A stretch of 31,062 nucleotides of DNA from assembly GCA_004431415.1 (NCBI GenBank), contig QPMI01000653.1, forward strand, positions 1 through 31,062. Direction: 5' to 3'. A model generated the notes under the pieces. That model had not been told where the DNA came from, did no database searches, and worked only from the letters and a program-made list of their open reading frames with translations. Each line of letters starts with the position of its first letter. Position 1 is the stretch's first letter. Made by a program: the position numbers and the translations under genes. The stretch is from Cyanophora paradoxa CCMP329. Its lineage: Eukaryota > Plantae > Glaucophyta. Shown in pieces: positions 1 through 9,794 of this stretch.

Positions 1-1587
1 GTCTCCGCCGTGGGCCCCGCGCTCCTGCCGGTGCGGCCCGCACGCCGGCCCGTCGCCGAGTCGCCCCCCCAAGCCGACCAAGCCGCAGGAGGGCGTGGCG
101 GAGCTCTCCGGCGAGCAGCGCGCGGCCTGCGCCGCCGTCCTCTGCCGGCACATCGACCTGGGTGCGCCCCGCCCGCTCCCGGCCCCGGTCGACCGCCCCC
201 AGCCGACGCCCGCGCGCCGCGCGCAGCCGCGCGCCTGCTGCGCGAGCCGGCGGTGCGCCGCAAGCTCGCGGGACGGCCGCGCGGGAGCCGGCTGGTGGCG
301 GGCCTCGCGGCGCTCGCGCTCGCCGTCCCGGGCGCCCCGTGCCCGGCCTGCGGCGGGGACGGGGGAGACGGGGCGCCGGCGCACGTCTTTGACGAGGCGG
401 CCCCCGCCCAGCGGTGCCCCCGGACCGGCCGGCTCGTGCGCACCGCCGAGCCGATCGAGCCTGCCGCCGTGCGCCGCCTCTTCGGGCCCCCCGACGCCCC
501 GGCCTCGCCGCCGCCGCGCTCCCCAGACGGGCCCGCGGCCGGGCCGCCGGCCCCGCGGCCCGTCCGGCGGGACGCCTTTCGGGACCGGGGGAGGCTGCTC
601 AAGCTCCTCGCCTCGCCTGGGCGCCGGGGAGCAGGCGGCGAGCTTCGGGACCTCCTCCCCCTCCGCGCCCTCGCCGCGCGCCTCTGCGCCGAGCGCGCCT
701 CGACGTCTCCCACTGGTGCGCCCGGCGCCGCCGTCCCCCCTCGTTCGCCCGCCGGCCCCGACCGACCCGACGCCCGCGCGCGGCAGCGATCCTCTGCCGG
801 AGCGATTCCTTGCGGCTGCCGAGTGAGCTCGCGGCCTCGCATCCCTCACGACCGCTGGGCCGCCCGAGACGTCCCCTGCGCCGCAGGGCCGCGAGGCGGA
901 TCGAGGCGGGCGGCGTCGTCGATCCCAGCACGCGTGCGCAGCGGGGCCTGGGGCGCTCCCCCACACCGCCGCCGGCCGCCGCGCCGACCGACCCGCCGGC
1001 GCGCGCAGGGCGCAGACGTACGCCTCGAGCTTCTTCCGGCGGGACGAGGACATCCGGCAGTTTGCGCTGCGGCACCTGCCGGCCGAGGCGCCGGCGGACG
1101 AGGTCTCGAGATGGACCGCGACGCCGTCGTCGCCTCGTCGTCCTCGCGCCCGCCGCCTCGGCTGGCCCGCCCCGGACCCGTGCGCCCGTCCCCGCTCTCG
1201 CCTTGCCCCCTCGAGCCCCGACGCCCCCGCCCCGAGCAGCGGCAGGCAGCCGGGGCGCAGCGGTGGCTCGAGATGTCCGACGCGCACCTCGTCGCCTCCG
1301 GTGCGGCAGGCCGCGCCCACGGCGCGGCCGCGCCGACGAAAGGCGGGGCGGGGCGCGCAGAAGCGGCGACGAGCTGGCGGCTGCGAGGCGCCCGCGACGC
1401 GACGTGCGCGCCCTCTTTCCCGTTTCCTCGCGTGCGCGCGCGCGCGCGCGCGCGCGCTCCGACCCGAGGGCCAACCGGCAGGACGGGGGCGGCGGCGGCA
1501 ACGACGGCGGAGCGGGGCGGAGCAGCGGCGGCGGCGGGCGAGCCGCGTCTCCCACGCGAGCGCATCGAGGACGAGGAGGCCGACTGA
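1..1587 (+). CDS. 3' part of a multi-exon hypothetical protein (5' end outside window); exon boundaries approximate
   Basis: Repeated GTGCGC/GTGAG...CGCAG intron-like segments (e.g. ~162-227, ~716-787, ~823-886) separate GC3-rich segments (EGVAELSGEQRAACAAVLCRHIDL; ARLLREPAVRRKL...PCPACGG...HVFDE...RCPRTG). Internally repeated LEMDRDAVVAS / LEMSDAHLVAS. Stop at 1585-1587, followed by a more AT-rich stretch. No family recognised. Confidence 0.45.
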   Translation, partial: VSAVGPALLPVRPARRPVAESPPQADQAAGGRGGALRRAARGLRRRPLPAHRPGCAPPAPGPGRPPPADARAPRAAARLLREPAVRRKLAGRPRGSRLVAGLAALALAVPGAPCPACGGDGGDGAPAHVFDEAAPAQRCPRTGRLVRTAEPIEPAAVRRLFGPPDAPASPPPRSPDGPAAGPPAPRPVRRDAFRDRGRLLKLLASPGRRGAGGELRDLLPLRALAARLCAERASTSPTGAPGAAVPPRSPAGPDRPDARARQRSSAGAIPCGCRVSSRPRIPHDRWAARDVPCAAGPRGGSRRAASSIPARVRSGAWGAPPHRRRPPRRPTRRRAQGADVRLELLPAGRGHPAVCAAAPAGRGAGGRGLEMDRDAVVASSSSRPPPRLARPGPVRPSPLSPCPLEPRRPRPEQRQAAGAQRWLEMSDAHLVASGAAGRAHGAAAPTKGGAGRAEAATSWRLRGARDATCAPSFPFPRVRARARARAPTRGPTGRTGAAAATTAERGGAAAAAGEPRLPRERIEDEEAD

Positions 1588-1784
1588 GCCGCCGACGGGT
1601 CGACGGGCTCGCCCTCTATCGGGGGCCGCCCATGCCAAAGCCGTGCACGTGCTTGGACAGGTAGAAGGTAGCTAGGAAGCTAGGCAGATGTACAGTTGGC
1701 GTTCAGGGCGGGGTTTGAGTTGATCGCGATCGAATCACAACGAGCCGGGCGTGGAACCATAGCGGAAAAGGGGGGAGCTCGAGG

Positions 1785-2230
1785 AGATGGTGCGGCCGGC
1801 CCTGCTGACAGATAGCCCGCCTGGTCGATTCCGGCTACGGCGCCTGTACCCCCGACGGGCCACGAGCTCTCTGGTGGGACGAGGCGGGCGGCGGGGGGCG
1901 GGGAGAGCGGGGTACGGACGAACGAGCCCGCCGCTTATCGCCCGCCTGGTCGATTCCGCTACGGCGCCTGACCCTGGCGGACGCGCGAGCTCTCGGTGAG
2001 ACGCGGCGAGCGGCAGAGGGTTCGGGGAAGCGGGGGGTACGGACAAACCGAGCCCCGCCGCTTATGGCCGCCTGGTCGATTCCGGCTACGGCGCCTGTAC
2101 CCCTGGGCGGCCCGCGAGCACGTCGTGAGGCGAGGCGAGCGGCCAGAGGGTGCGGGGGAGCGGGGGTACGGACGGACCAGGCCGCCGCTTATGGCCCGCT
2201 GGTCGATTCCGGCTACGGCGCCTGTACCCT
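1785..2230 (-). repeat. Tandem array, type A units (~125 bp), 4 cores, reverse orientation
   Basis: GCCTGGTCGATTCCGGCTACGGCGCCTGTACCCC (some with 1-bp deletions) at ~1819, 1944, 2070 and 2198. Reverse complement of the units at 5017-6776 and 26899-27283. Confidence 0.95.
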
Positions 2231-2332
2231 GGCGGGTGCGCGAGCTCTTTGAGAGACGGGGGCGAGCGGTCGGAGGGTGCGGAAGCGCGCGAAGGGGTGG
2301 GTCGAGAGGAAAGGCAAACGACAGCGTTAGCA

Positions 2333-3490
2333 GGGGTACACGCACCGTAGCCGGAATCGACCAGGCCGCCCCTACTGCGAGCCAGCTGCTGCGATCCGTA
2401 CGGGCGCCGAGTGAGCGAGGGCGGGGGGGCGGGGGGGGCGCGTTGGAGGGTACACGCACCGTAGCCGGAATCGACCAGGCCGCCCTACTGCGAGCCAGCT
2501 GCGGCGGGCCGTGCGGGCCGCGAGTGAGCGAGGGCGGGGGCGCTCGAAGGGGGCGAGAGGCCTAAGGGGTACACACACGTAGCCGGAATCGACCAGGCCG
2601 CCCTACTGCGAGCCTGCTGCCGCGGGCCGTACGGGTCGTCGAGCGAGCGAGGGCGGAGGCGCACAAGGGGGGGCGAGGGCTAAGGGTACACACACCGTAG
2701 CCGGAATCGACCAGGCCGCCCCTGCTGCGAGCCAGCTGCGGCGGGCCGTGCGGGCCGCGAGTGAGCGAGGGCGGGGGCGCTCGAAGGGGGCGAGAGGCCT
2801 AAGGGTACACACACCGTAGCCGGAATCGACCAGGCCGCCCTACTGCGAGCCTGCTGCCGCGGGCCGTACGGGTCGTCGAGTGAGCAAGGGCGAGGCGCAC
2901 AAGGGGGGGCGAGGGGCCTAAGGGGTACACACACCGTAGCCGGAATCGACCAGGCCGCCCCTACTGCGAGCCAGCTGCGGCGGGCCGTACGGCCGCCGAG
3001 TGAGCGAGGGCGGGGGCGCTCGAAGGGGGCGAGAGGCCTAGGGGTACACACACCGTAGCCGGAATCGACCAGGCCGCCCTACTGCGAGCCTGCTGCCGCG
3101 GGCCGTACGGGCCGCCGAGTGAGCGAGGGCGGGGCGCTCGAGGGGGGGCGAGGGGGCCTAAGGGTACACACCGTAGGCGGAATCGACCAGGCCGCCCTAC
3201 TGCGAGCCAGCTGCGGCGGGCCGTACGGGCCGCCGAGTGAGCGAGGGCGGGGGGCGCTCGAAGGGGGCGAGAGGCCTAAGGGTACACACACCGTAGGCGG
3301 AATCGACCAGGCGCCTCTACTGCGAGCCAGCTGCCGCGGGCCGTGCGGGCCGCCGAATAAGCGAGGGGCGGGGCGCTCAAAGGGCGAGAGGCCTAAGGGG
3401 TACACACACCGTAGCCGGAATCGACCAGGCGGGCCCCTACTGCGGGCCAGCTGCCGCGGGCCGTGCGGGCCGCCGAAGGAGCAACGAGGG
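2333..3490 (+). repeat. Tandem array, type B units (~118 bp), 10 cores
   Basis: GGGGTACACACACCGTAGCCGGAATCGACCAGGC-CGCCCCTACTGCGAGCC at ~2333, 2448, 2566, 2684, 2803, 2922, 3040, 3161, 3280 and 3397. Confidence 0.95.
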
Positions 3491-5016
3491 CGGGGCGCGC
3501 GAGGGGCCGCGGAGCGGGCAGCGGGCGAGGAAAGGGGGCGGGGCTCGCTGCAGCCCGAAGAAGCGGACCGAGCGCGGTGCCGGCCGACTCGGTGATCGTC
3601 TTGCTCGCCGGACCGGTGCGCCCGCACTCCTCCCCGCGTAGCGCTTCGCGAGGGTGTGGCGGAGAAGCGCGCGGGTCCGCACGCTGCGCGCCGGCGCCGC
3701 ACGCGGCGGCCGCGGACCGATCGATATCGACGGCCGGAGGCGCGCAGGCGGAAAAGCGCGGAAAGTGCGCCTTGGGCTCCGGCTGCGTCTGCGCTACCGC
3801 CGAGCGCGGCGCCGTGCGCGCGAGCTCGGGTGCCAGCATGTGCGAATAGGGCACGCATACGTGAGCTTGTGGGCCGGAGAGGCATCGGAGGGCGCTGCGG
3901 ATCGATCGCTAGCCATGGCCATGGGATCTTCGACTCAGTGACTGCGCCGACCCGAGCACGAGCCGGGCGGGCGCCGACGCGATTTTCGAGCTCAACAGGA
4001 GCCAAGGACTGCGCCAGAGGGCACTCGCGCGACGCGGCGTGCTGTTGAAATTCGATGGTGCGATGTCGCACGATCGAAACGTTGCAAACTGGCCCCCCCC
4101 CCCCCGAAAGAGCTGCGCTTTGGGCCAGCGTGCGTGCACGCGCTCGCCGAGCTGCGGCGGCAGCTGCGGCACGCGGTGCGCGTGCTCGAGCCTCCAGGCT
4201 CCAGCCGCACGGCTGCGGCGAGTCTCTGGTACACGCATTTCACCGCCGGGCGGAAAAGCACGCTAGAGCCACAGCGATCCACGCACAGAGAGCAGCGGAC
4301 CCGAGCCGCGCTCGTGCGGGCGCTCGGACGCGCCCGAGCCGCGAGCCTCCTTCTGCTCTCCGAGAGATCTAGAGCCACGCCTCCGGCGGTTCCAGCTACC
4401 GTGCGGTTCATGCGCTCCCGTCGGTCGTAGCCTGCTCGGCGGCCGCGGCCCGCAGGCAACTTTCGATCCGCCGCGGCTGACGTGCGCATGCCTCTGTACA
4501 TGTCCCTCGCCCGGCCGCAGGGCGCCGACGCCGGATTAAGTTTTTGCGCGCCGCGAGCTCTTCCTGCGTTCAGTTCGAATCAAAGCGGCTCATGCCTACG
4601 CGCGCCGCGCGCCCGGCCGGGCCCGCCCGCCGGAGCCGGCCGGCGCTCAACCGGCCAGGCCTCGGCGCCGGGCGCGGCGCCCCGTCGCCCAGAGCGGATC
4701 GCCTGGTGCGCTTCGGGGCCGCCTGCTCGGGGGGCGGGACGCGCGGCAGCGGCCTGGCGAGGCCGGGCGCGGGACGTCGGTCGGCACGGGGAGCCGGCCG
4801 ATGCCCTGCGGCGGCGGCGGCGCAAGCGGCGGCGGGGCGTCCATCGCGAGGTTGAGCGCGGCCCGCCGGGCGCCGCGCCCGTGGCGGGCGAGAGAGGCCC
4901 CGCTTCGAGCGTCCCTCTGGATCCGCTTCCCCGCCAACGCCAAGCCCTCCGCAGCCGGCCCGCCGGGCGAGCCAAGAGCGCCCGGGGCCTCGTGTGGGGG
5001 TGCGCCCGAGCACGGC

Positions 5017-6776
5017 GGGCCTGGTCCGTCCGTACCCCCGCTCTCCCCGCCCCCGCCGCTCGCCGCGTCTCACCGAGGGCTCGCGGGCCCGCCCAGGGGT
5101 ACAGGCGCCGTAGCGGAATCGACCAGGTGGGCCATAGGCGCGGGGGCTGGTCCGTCCGTACCCCTCGCTTCCCCCGCACCCTCTGGCCGCTCGCCGCGTC
5201 TCACCGAGAGCTCGCGCGTCCGCCCAGGGGTACAGGCGCCGTAGCCGGAATCGACCAGGTGGGCCATAGGCGGCGGGGGCCTGGTCCGTCCGTACCCCCC
5301 GCTTCCCCCGCACCCTCTGGCCGCTCGCCGCGTCTCACCGAGAGCTCGCGCGTCCGCCCAGGGGTACAGGCGCCGTAGCCGGAATCGACCAGGCGGGCCA
5401 TAATCGGCGGACCCGGTCCGTCCGTGCCCTCTGCTCGCCCGCCCCCGCCGCTCGCCTCGTCCACCGACGTGCTCGCGGGCCACCCAGGGGTACAGGCGCC
5501 GTAGCCGGAATCGACCAGGCGGGCGATAAGCGGCGGCCCGGTCCGTCCGTACCCCGCTCCCCTGCACCCTCTGGCCGCTCGCCTCGTCTCACCGAGGGCT
5601 CGTGGGCCCGTCCAGGGTACAGGCGCCGTAGCCGGAATCGACCAGGCGGGCCATAACGGCGGGCCCGGTCCGTCCGTACCCCCGCTCGCCCCCACCCCCG
5701 CCGCTCGCCTCGTCTCACCGGCGTGCTTGCGGGCCGCCCAGGGGTACAGGCGCCGTAGCCGGAATCGACCAGGCGGGCCATAACCGGCGGGGCCGGTCCG
5801 TCCGTACCCTGCACCCTCTGGCCGCTCGCCTCGTCTCACCGAGAGCTCGCGAGCCCGCCCAGGGGTACAGGCGCCGTAGCCGGAATCGACCAGGCGGGCC
5901 ATAAGCGGCGGGCCTGGTCCGTCCGTACCCCCCGCTCTCCCCGCCCCCGCCGCTCGCCGCGTCTCACCGAGGGCTCGCGGGCCCGCCAGGGGTACAGGCC
6001 GCCGTAGCCGGAATCGACCAGGCGGGCGATAAGCGACGGGCCTGGTCCGTCCGTACCCCCCCGCTTCCCCCGCACCCTCTGCCGCTCGCCGCGTCTCACC
6101 AAGAGCCTCGCACCGCCCAGGGGTACAGGCGCCGTAGCCGGAATCGACCAGGCGGGCGATAAGCGGCGGGCCCGGTCCGTCCGTACCCCCGCTTCCCTGC
6201 ACCCTCTGGCCGCTCGCCTCGTCTCATCGAGAGCCGCGGTCCGCCCAGGGGTACAGGCGCCGTAGCGGAATCGACCAGGCGGGCGTTAAGCGGCGGGCCC
6301 GGTCCGTCCGTACCCCCGCTCCCTGCACCCTCTGGCGCTCGCCTCGTCTCACCGAGGGCTCGTGGGCCCGTCCAGGGGTACAGGCGCCGTAGCCGGAATC
6401 GACCAGGCGGGCCATAACCGGCGGGGCCCGGTCCGTCCGTACCCCGCTCGCCCCCACCCCCGCCGCTCGCCTCGTCTCACCGGCGTGCTTGCGGGCCTGC
6501 CCAGGGGTACAGGCGCCGTAGCCGGAATCGACCAGGCGGGCCATAACTGGCGGGCCCGGCGTCCGTACCCTGCACCTCTGGCGCTCGCCTCGTCTCACCG
6601 AGAGCTCGCGAGCCCGCCAGGGGTACAGGCGCCGTAGCCGGAATCGACCAGGCGGGCCATAAGCGGCGGGCCGGTCCGTCCGTACCCCCGCTTCTCCCCC
6701 GTCCCCGCCGCTCGCCTCGTCTCACCGAGAGCTCGCGGCCCCGCCCAGGGTACAGGCGCCGTAGCCGGAATCGACC
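5017..6776 (+). repeat. Tandem array, type A units (~127 bp), 14 cores
   Basis: GGGGTACAGGCGCCGTAGCCGGAATCGACCAGG at ~5096, 5227, 5361, 5487, 5615, 5741, 5862, 5989, 6120, 6247, 6375, 6504, 6620 and 6748. The inter-core sequences are homologous to each other. Confidence 0.97.
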
Positions 6777-6979
6777 GGGGGGTCAAAACCGGACGACTCT
6801 CGGCGGGCGCCGTTTCGCGGCGCCCACCGCGGGGCCCGCGCGCCGGCGTTGGGGCCCGCGGGCCATCGCCCACCGCCGGCCGCCGCCCCGCCCCGGCACG
6901 CGTCCTTCCCACCGTACCTCTCCCCTCTCCCCCGCCACCCCGTCTGCCGCTTTTGCCCATCCCGGCGGGCCCGATGGGG

Positions 6980-6989
6980 CATATATAGG
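6980..6989 (+). promoter_or_regulatory. TATA-like box CATATATAGG upstream of the 7069 gene
   Basis: Isolated AT island in very GC-rich DNA, ~88 bp before ATG 7069. Identical 10-mer at 11954-11963. Confidence 0.6.
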
Positions 6990-7068
6990 AGTCGCCGGCC
7001 CCCGATCCTCCCGACGAGACCGCAGGCCCCTTCTGCGGGGTCCTCCTCCTTCCCCCCTGCCTCCGGCG

Positions 7069-9403
7069 ATGGCGTCGCAGCCGGCGTCGGGGGCCAGGTG
7101 ACGAGCCCGCGGGGCGCGGCGGGCGGCGCGTCCGGCTGCCCGCCCCTCGACTCGCGGCCGGCCAAGGTCAGCCTCCCCGCGTTCATCAGCCTGGGGCGGG
7201 ACCCGCTCTCTCCTGCCGCCCGCCTGCGCCGCTGCAAGTCGGAGCGCATCCTCCCCCGATCCTCCTCTCCTGCGCCGCCGCCCGCCTCCTCGCCAAGACC
7301 GGCGCATCGTCCGTCAACGAGGCCCTGGACGCCCACCCGCGCCCCGCCCTCGACGACCTCAAGTTCAACTCGACCGGCTCGTTCGTCTGCCTCAGCTGCG
7401 CCCTCACCCTCCTCTCCGTCAGCGCCGAGGGCGGCGCCTCGCCGCCCCTCTTCACCTGCCCCAGCTGCGGCGACCCCCACCCGGCCGCCTCGGGCCTCGT
7501 CTGCAGCTCCCGCATCGACGCCCTCTTTTCCTTTCTCGCCTACATCGACGACGCCGCCTTTGCCGCCTCGTGGATCTCCGGCGACCTCTGCCTCCGCACG
7601 GCGCTCACGTACGCCCTCGAGCGCTTCCAGGCGGCCGCCGCCCAGGCCCGCGCCCGCCGCCGCGCCGCGGCGGCCCGCCCCGGCCCCCGCGGCCCCCGCC
7701 GGGGCGGGCCGAGCTCGGGCTCCGGCTCTGGCCCCGAGCCGCCGCCCGTCCGACGGATCCGCGCCGCCGCCCAGCCGCCGGCGCCGGCGGCCGCCCCCTG
7801 GCCCGGGGAGCCGGCCGCGGGCGCCAAGGCCCAGGCGGCAAGAAGCGCAAGGAAAGGGCGCCGCCTTGGGCCGGGCCGGCCGCCGAGGAGGAGGGGGAGG
7901 AGAAGGAGGAGGAGGGGCCGGCCACCGGCCCTCGCGATCGCGCGCCAAGCGCGCCGCGACGTCGACCAAGGGCCGGCGCGGGGCGAGTCGGCGGCCGAGC
8001 AGGAAGAGGGGAGGACGGCGCCGAGGAGCGGGCGCTGGAGCGGCGCAAGACGCTGCGCCCGCCCAAGCCGGCGAGCTCCCCCGACCCGAGGCGGCGTCGG
8101 CGTCGGCCTCGGCGCAGGGCGCCGGCCCGGGTCCGGCTCGGGCGCCGGCCCTCGAAGCCGGCGCGGCGGGCGGCGCGGAGCAAGTGGGGCGCCGGGCGCG
8201 ACGCCGCAAGGAGTGGGAGTCGGACAAGCTCATCCGCGTCCTCTACAACGCGTACACGCGCCCAAGGACGAGGACGCGCGCTCCGAGTCGGAGGGGGGCA
8301 GCTCGCCGGGAGCGGCGGCGGCGGCGGCGGCAGCAGCGGCGGCGGCGGCAAGGGCAAGGCAAGGGCAAGCGGCGGCGGCCCCCTCGCCATCGAGGCCGGG
8401 CCCGAGGGCGGCGGGGCGGCGGCGGCGGCTCGGGCAGCGAGGAGGACGGCTCGCGCGCCGGCTCGCCGGACCCGCGGGGCAAGGAGCTCGCGGAGCGCTG
8501 GCGCAAGGCCCTCGCCGAGGCGGAGCGGGCGAGGGCGGCGCGGACGACGCCGACGAGCTCGCCGAGGGCCCGCCGGGGCGGGGGCGAGGGCGAGGGCGGC
8601 TCGACCCAGAGTCGCTGGAGGCCTACGACTTTGGGCTCGAGCGGGATCGACCCGGGGCTCATCGGGCGCCAGATCGACGCCAGCCCCGAGGCCGCGCGGC
8701 CCTCCTGAACCGCATCGAAGAGGCGGGGCGGGAGCGGATCCGCTGCATCATGCTCATCGCCTGCTCCGTCCTCGCCGTCCACCAGGCCTACACGGAGCGC
8801 TACGGCCGCAACCGCCGCCTCTGGGGCGCCTACCGCGCCGAGCACCTCTGCGCAAAGTACGACCACATCCTCCAGGCGGCCGGCTTTCGCCTCGAGGTCA
8901 GCGCCCAAAAGGTGAGTCGCTTCGAATTCCCCTGCGGGAGGAGGGGCGGGGGCGGGCCCCTAGCGCTAGCTGCAAGCACGCGTGCCCGGCCCGGCGTGCT
9001 TTCAACGTCGCTCACCGGAGGCTCGCGCAGTCCGAGATCTACAACGACCTCGCGCGCTGGGAGAGACGCTCACGAGGTTCCCTGGCCTGGCGCGCGTCTG
9101 CGGGAGCGGCATATCGGTCGTCGACTTTGTCAGCTGCCTCCCGCTCCTGAAGGGCTGCACGAAAGAGGGGGCGGACCAGATCCGGAGCGGCTCGCGGAAG
9201 AGGTGCAGCGCGCCAAGGGCTTTGTCTTTGACGGCTCGGTGCTGGAGCTTCGGGAGGCCGGCGAGAGCGACGGGACGGGGACGGGGACGAGCAGAGCGAG
9301 GCGTCGGGCGAGGAAGGGCCGCCGAAGGCGCCGGCGAGGCCGGCGCCAAAGGCGACTGACCGGCAACGAAAATAGCACACGTTATACGCTGTTTAGAGTT
9401 TAG
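7069..9403 (+). CDS. Hypothetical protein with CxxC...CxxC zinc ribbon, low-complexity linker and helical C-terminal domain (frameshifted, at least one intron near 8912)
   Basis: High-GC3 frame not shown in the ORF track reads ILLSCAAARLLAKTG...FVCLSCALTLL...LFTCPSCGDPHP...FSFLAYIDD...ALERF (~7259-7640). It continues with EWESDKLIRVLYNAYT and LLNRIEEAGRERIRCIMLIACSVLAVHQAYTERYG...SAQK|gtgag. The 3' end (9359 or 9403) is uncertain. Confidence 0.55.
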
Positions 9404-9794
9404 CCTTTTCGTTTCAATCATCTAAATAATCTGGCCCTCTCTCTTTCTGGCTCTTTAGTAAGATCTAGATCTAGAGTGAAGCCTATAGCTAGGCCCTAGT
9501 TGACTATTTGATGCGATGTTCCCCGCGCTCTAGACTTGTAGATTTCTGATCTGTGCAGTACGTAGTGTGCTTTTATGATCCGTGTGACTTTCTGCGCTCA
9601 GTGCTCACGTGTTATCATAGTATCGATATCGATTGCAAGCTTAAGCACCCGATTCTGCCATGCCGTGACGAGGCCTAGGGCGGCTCATGATCACTGACTT
9701 GCAATTGGTAAATAAGTGACCGTGATCATGACCAGAACTCGTGGTGGCGGCATTCTAGCTATTTGTCTCAGAGTCTCTATCGCGATTTTAAGCT

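Noticed and set aside
1819-2229. Functional tRNA genes or hammerhead ribozymes in the repeat units
   Set aside because: Only a T-arm-like part is present, with no cloverleaf. The hammerhead CUGANGA/GAAA core is absent on both strands.
3500-5016. Protein-coding gene between the B and A arrays
   Set aside because: ORFs are Arg/Ala/Pro-rich GC artefacts with no consistent GC3 frame, motif or convincing exon chain.
5017-6776. CRISPR array (34-37 bp conserved repeat at regular spacing)
   Set aside because: The ~90-bp 'spacers' are homologous to each other and show higher-order duplication, the context is eukaryotic, and no cas genes were recognised.
1735-6960. ORFs with repeated peptides (ARLVDSGYGACTP, WSIPATAPVP, PPGRFRLRRLYP)
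   Set aside because: These are translations of the DNA repeat in all frames. Unit lengths are not multiples of three and indels are frame-indifferent.
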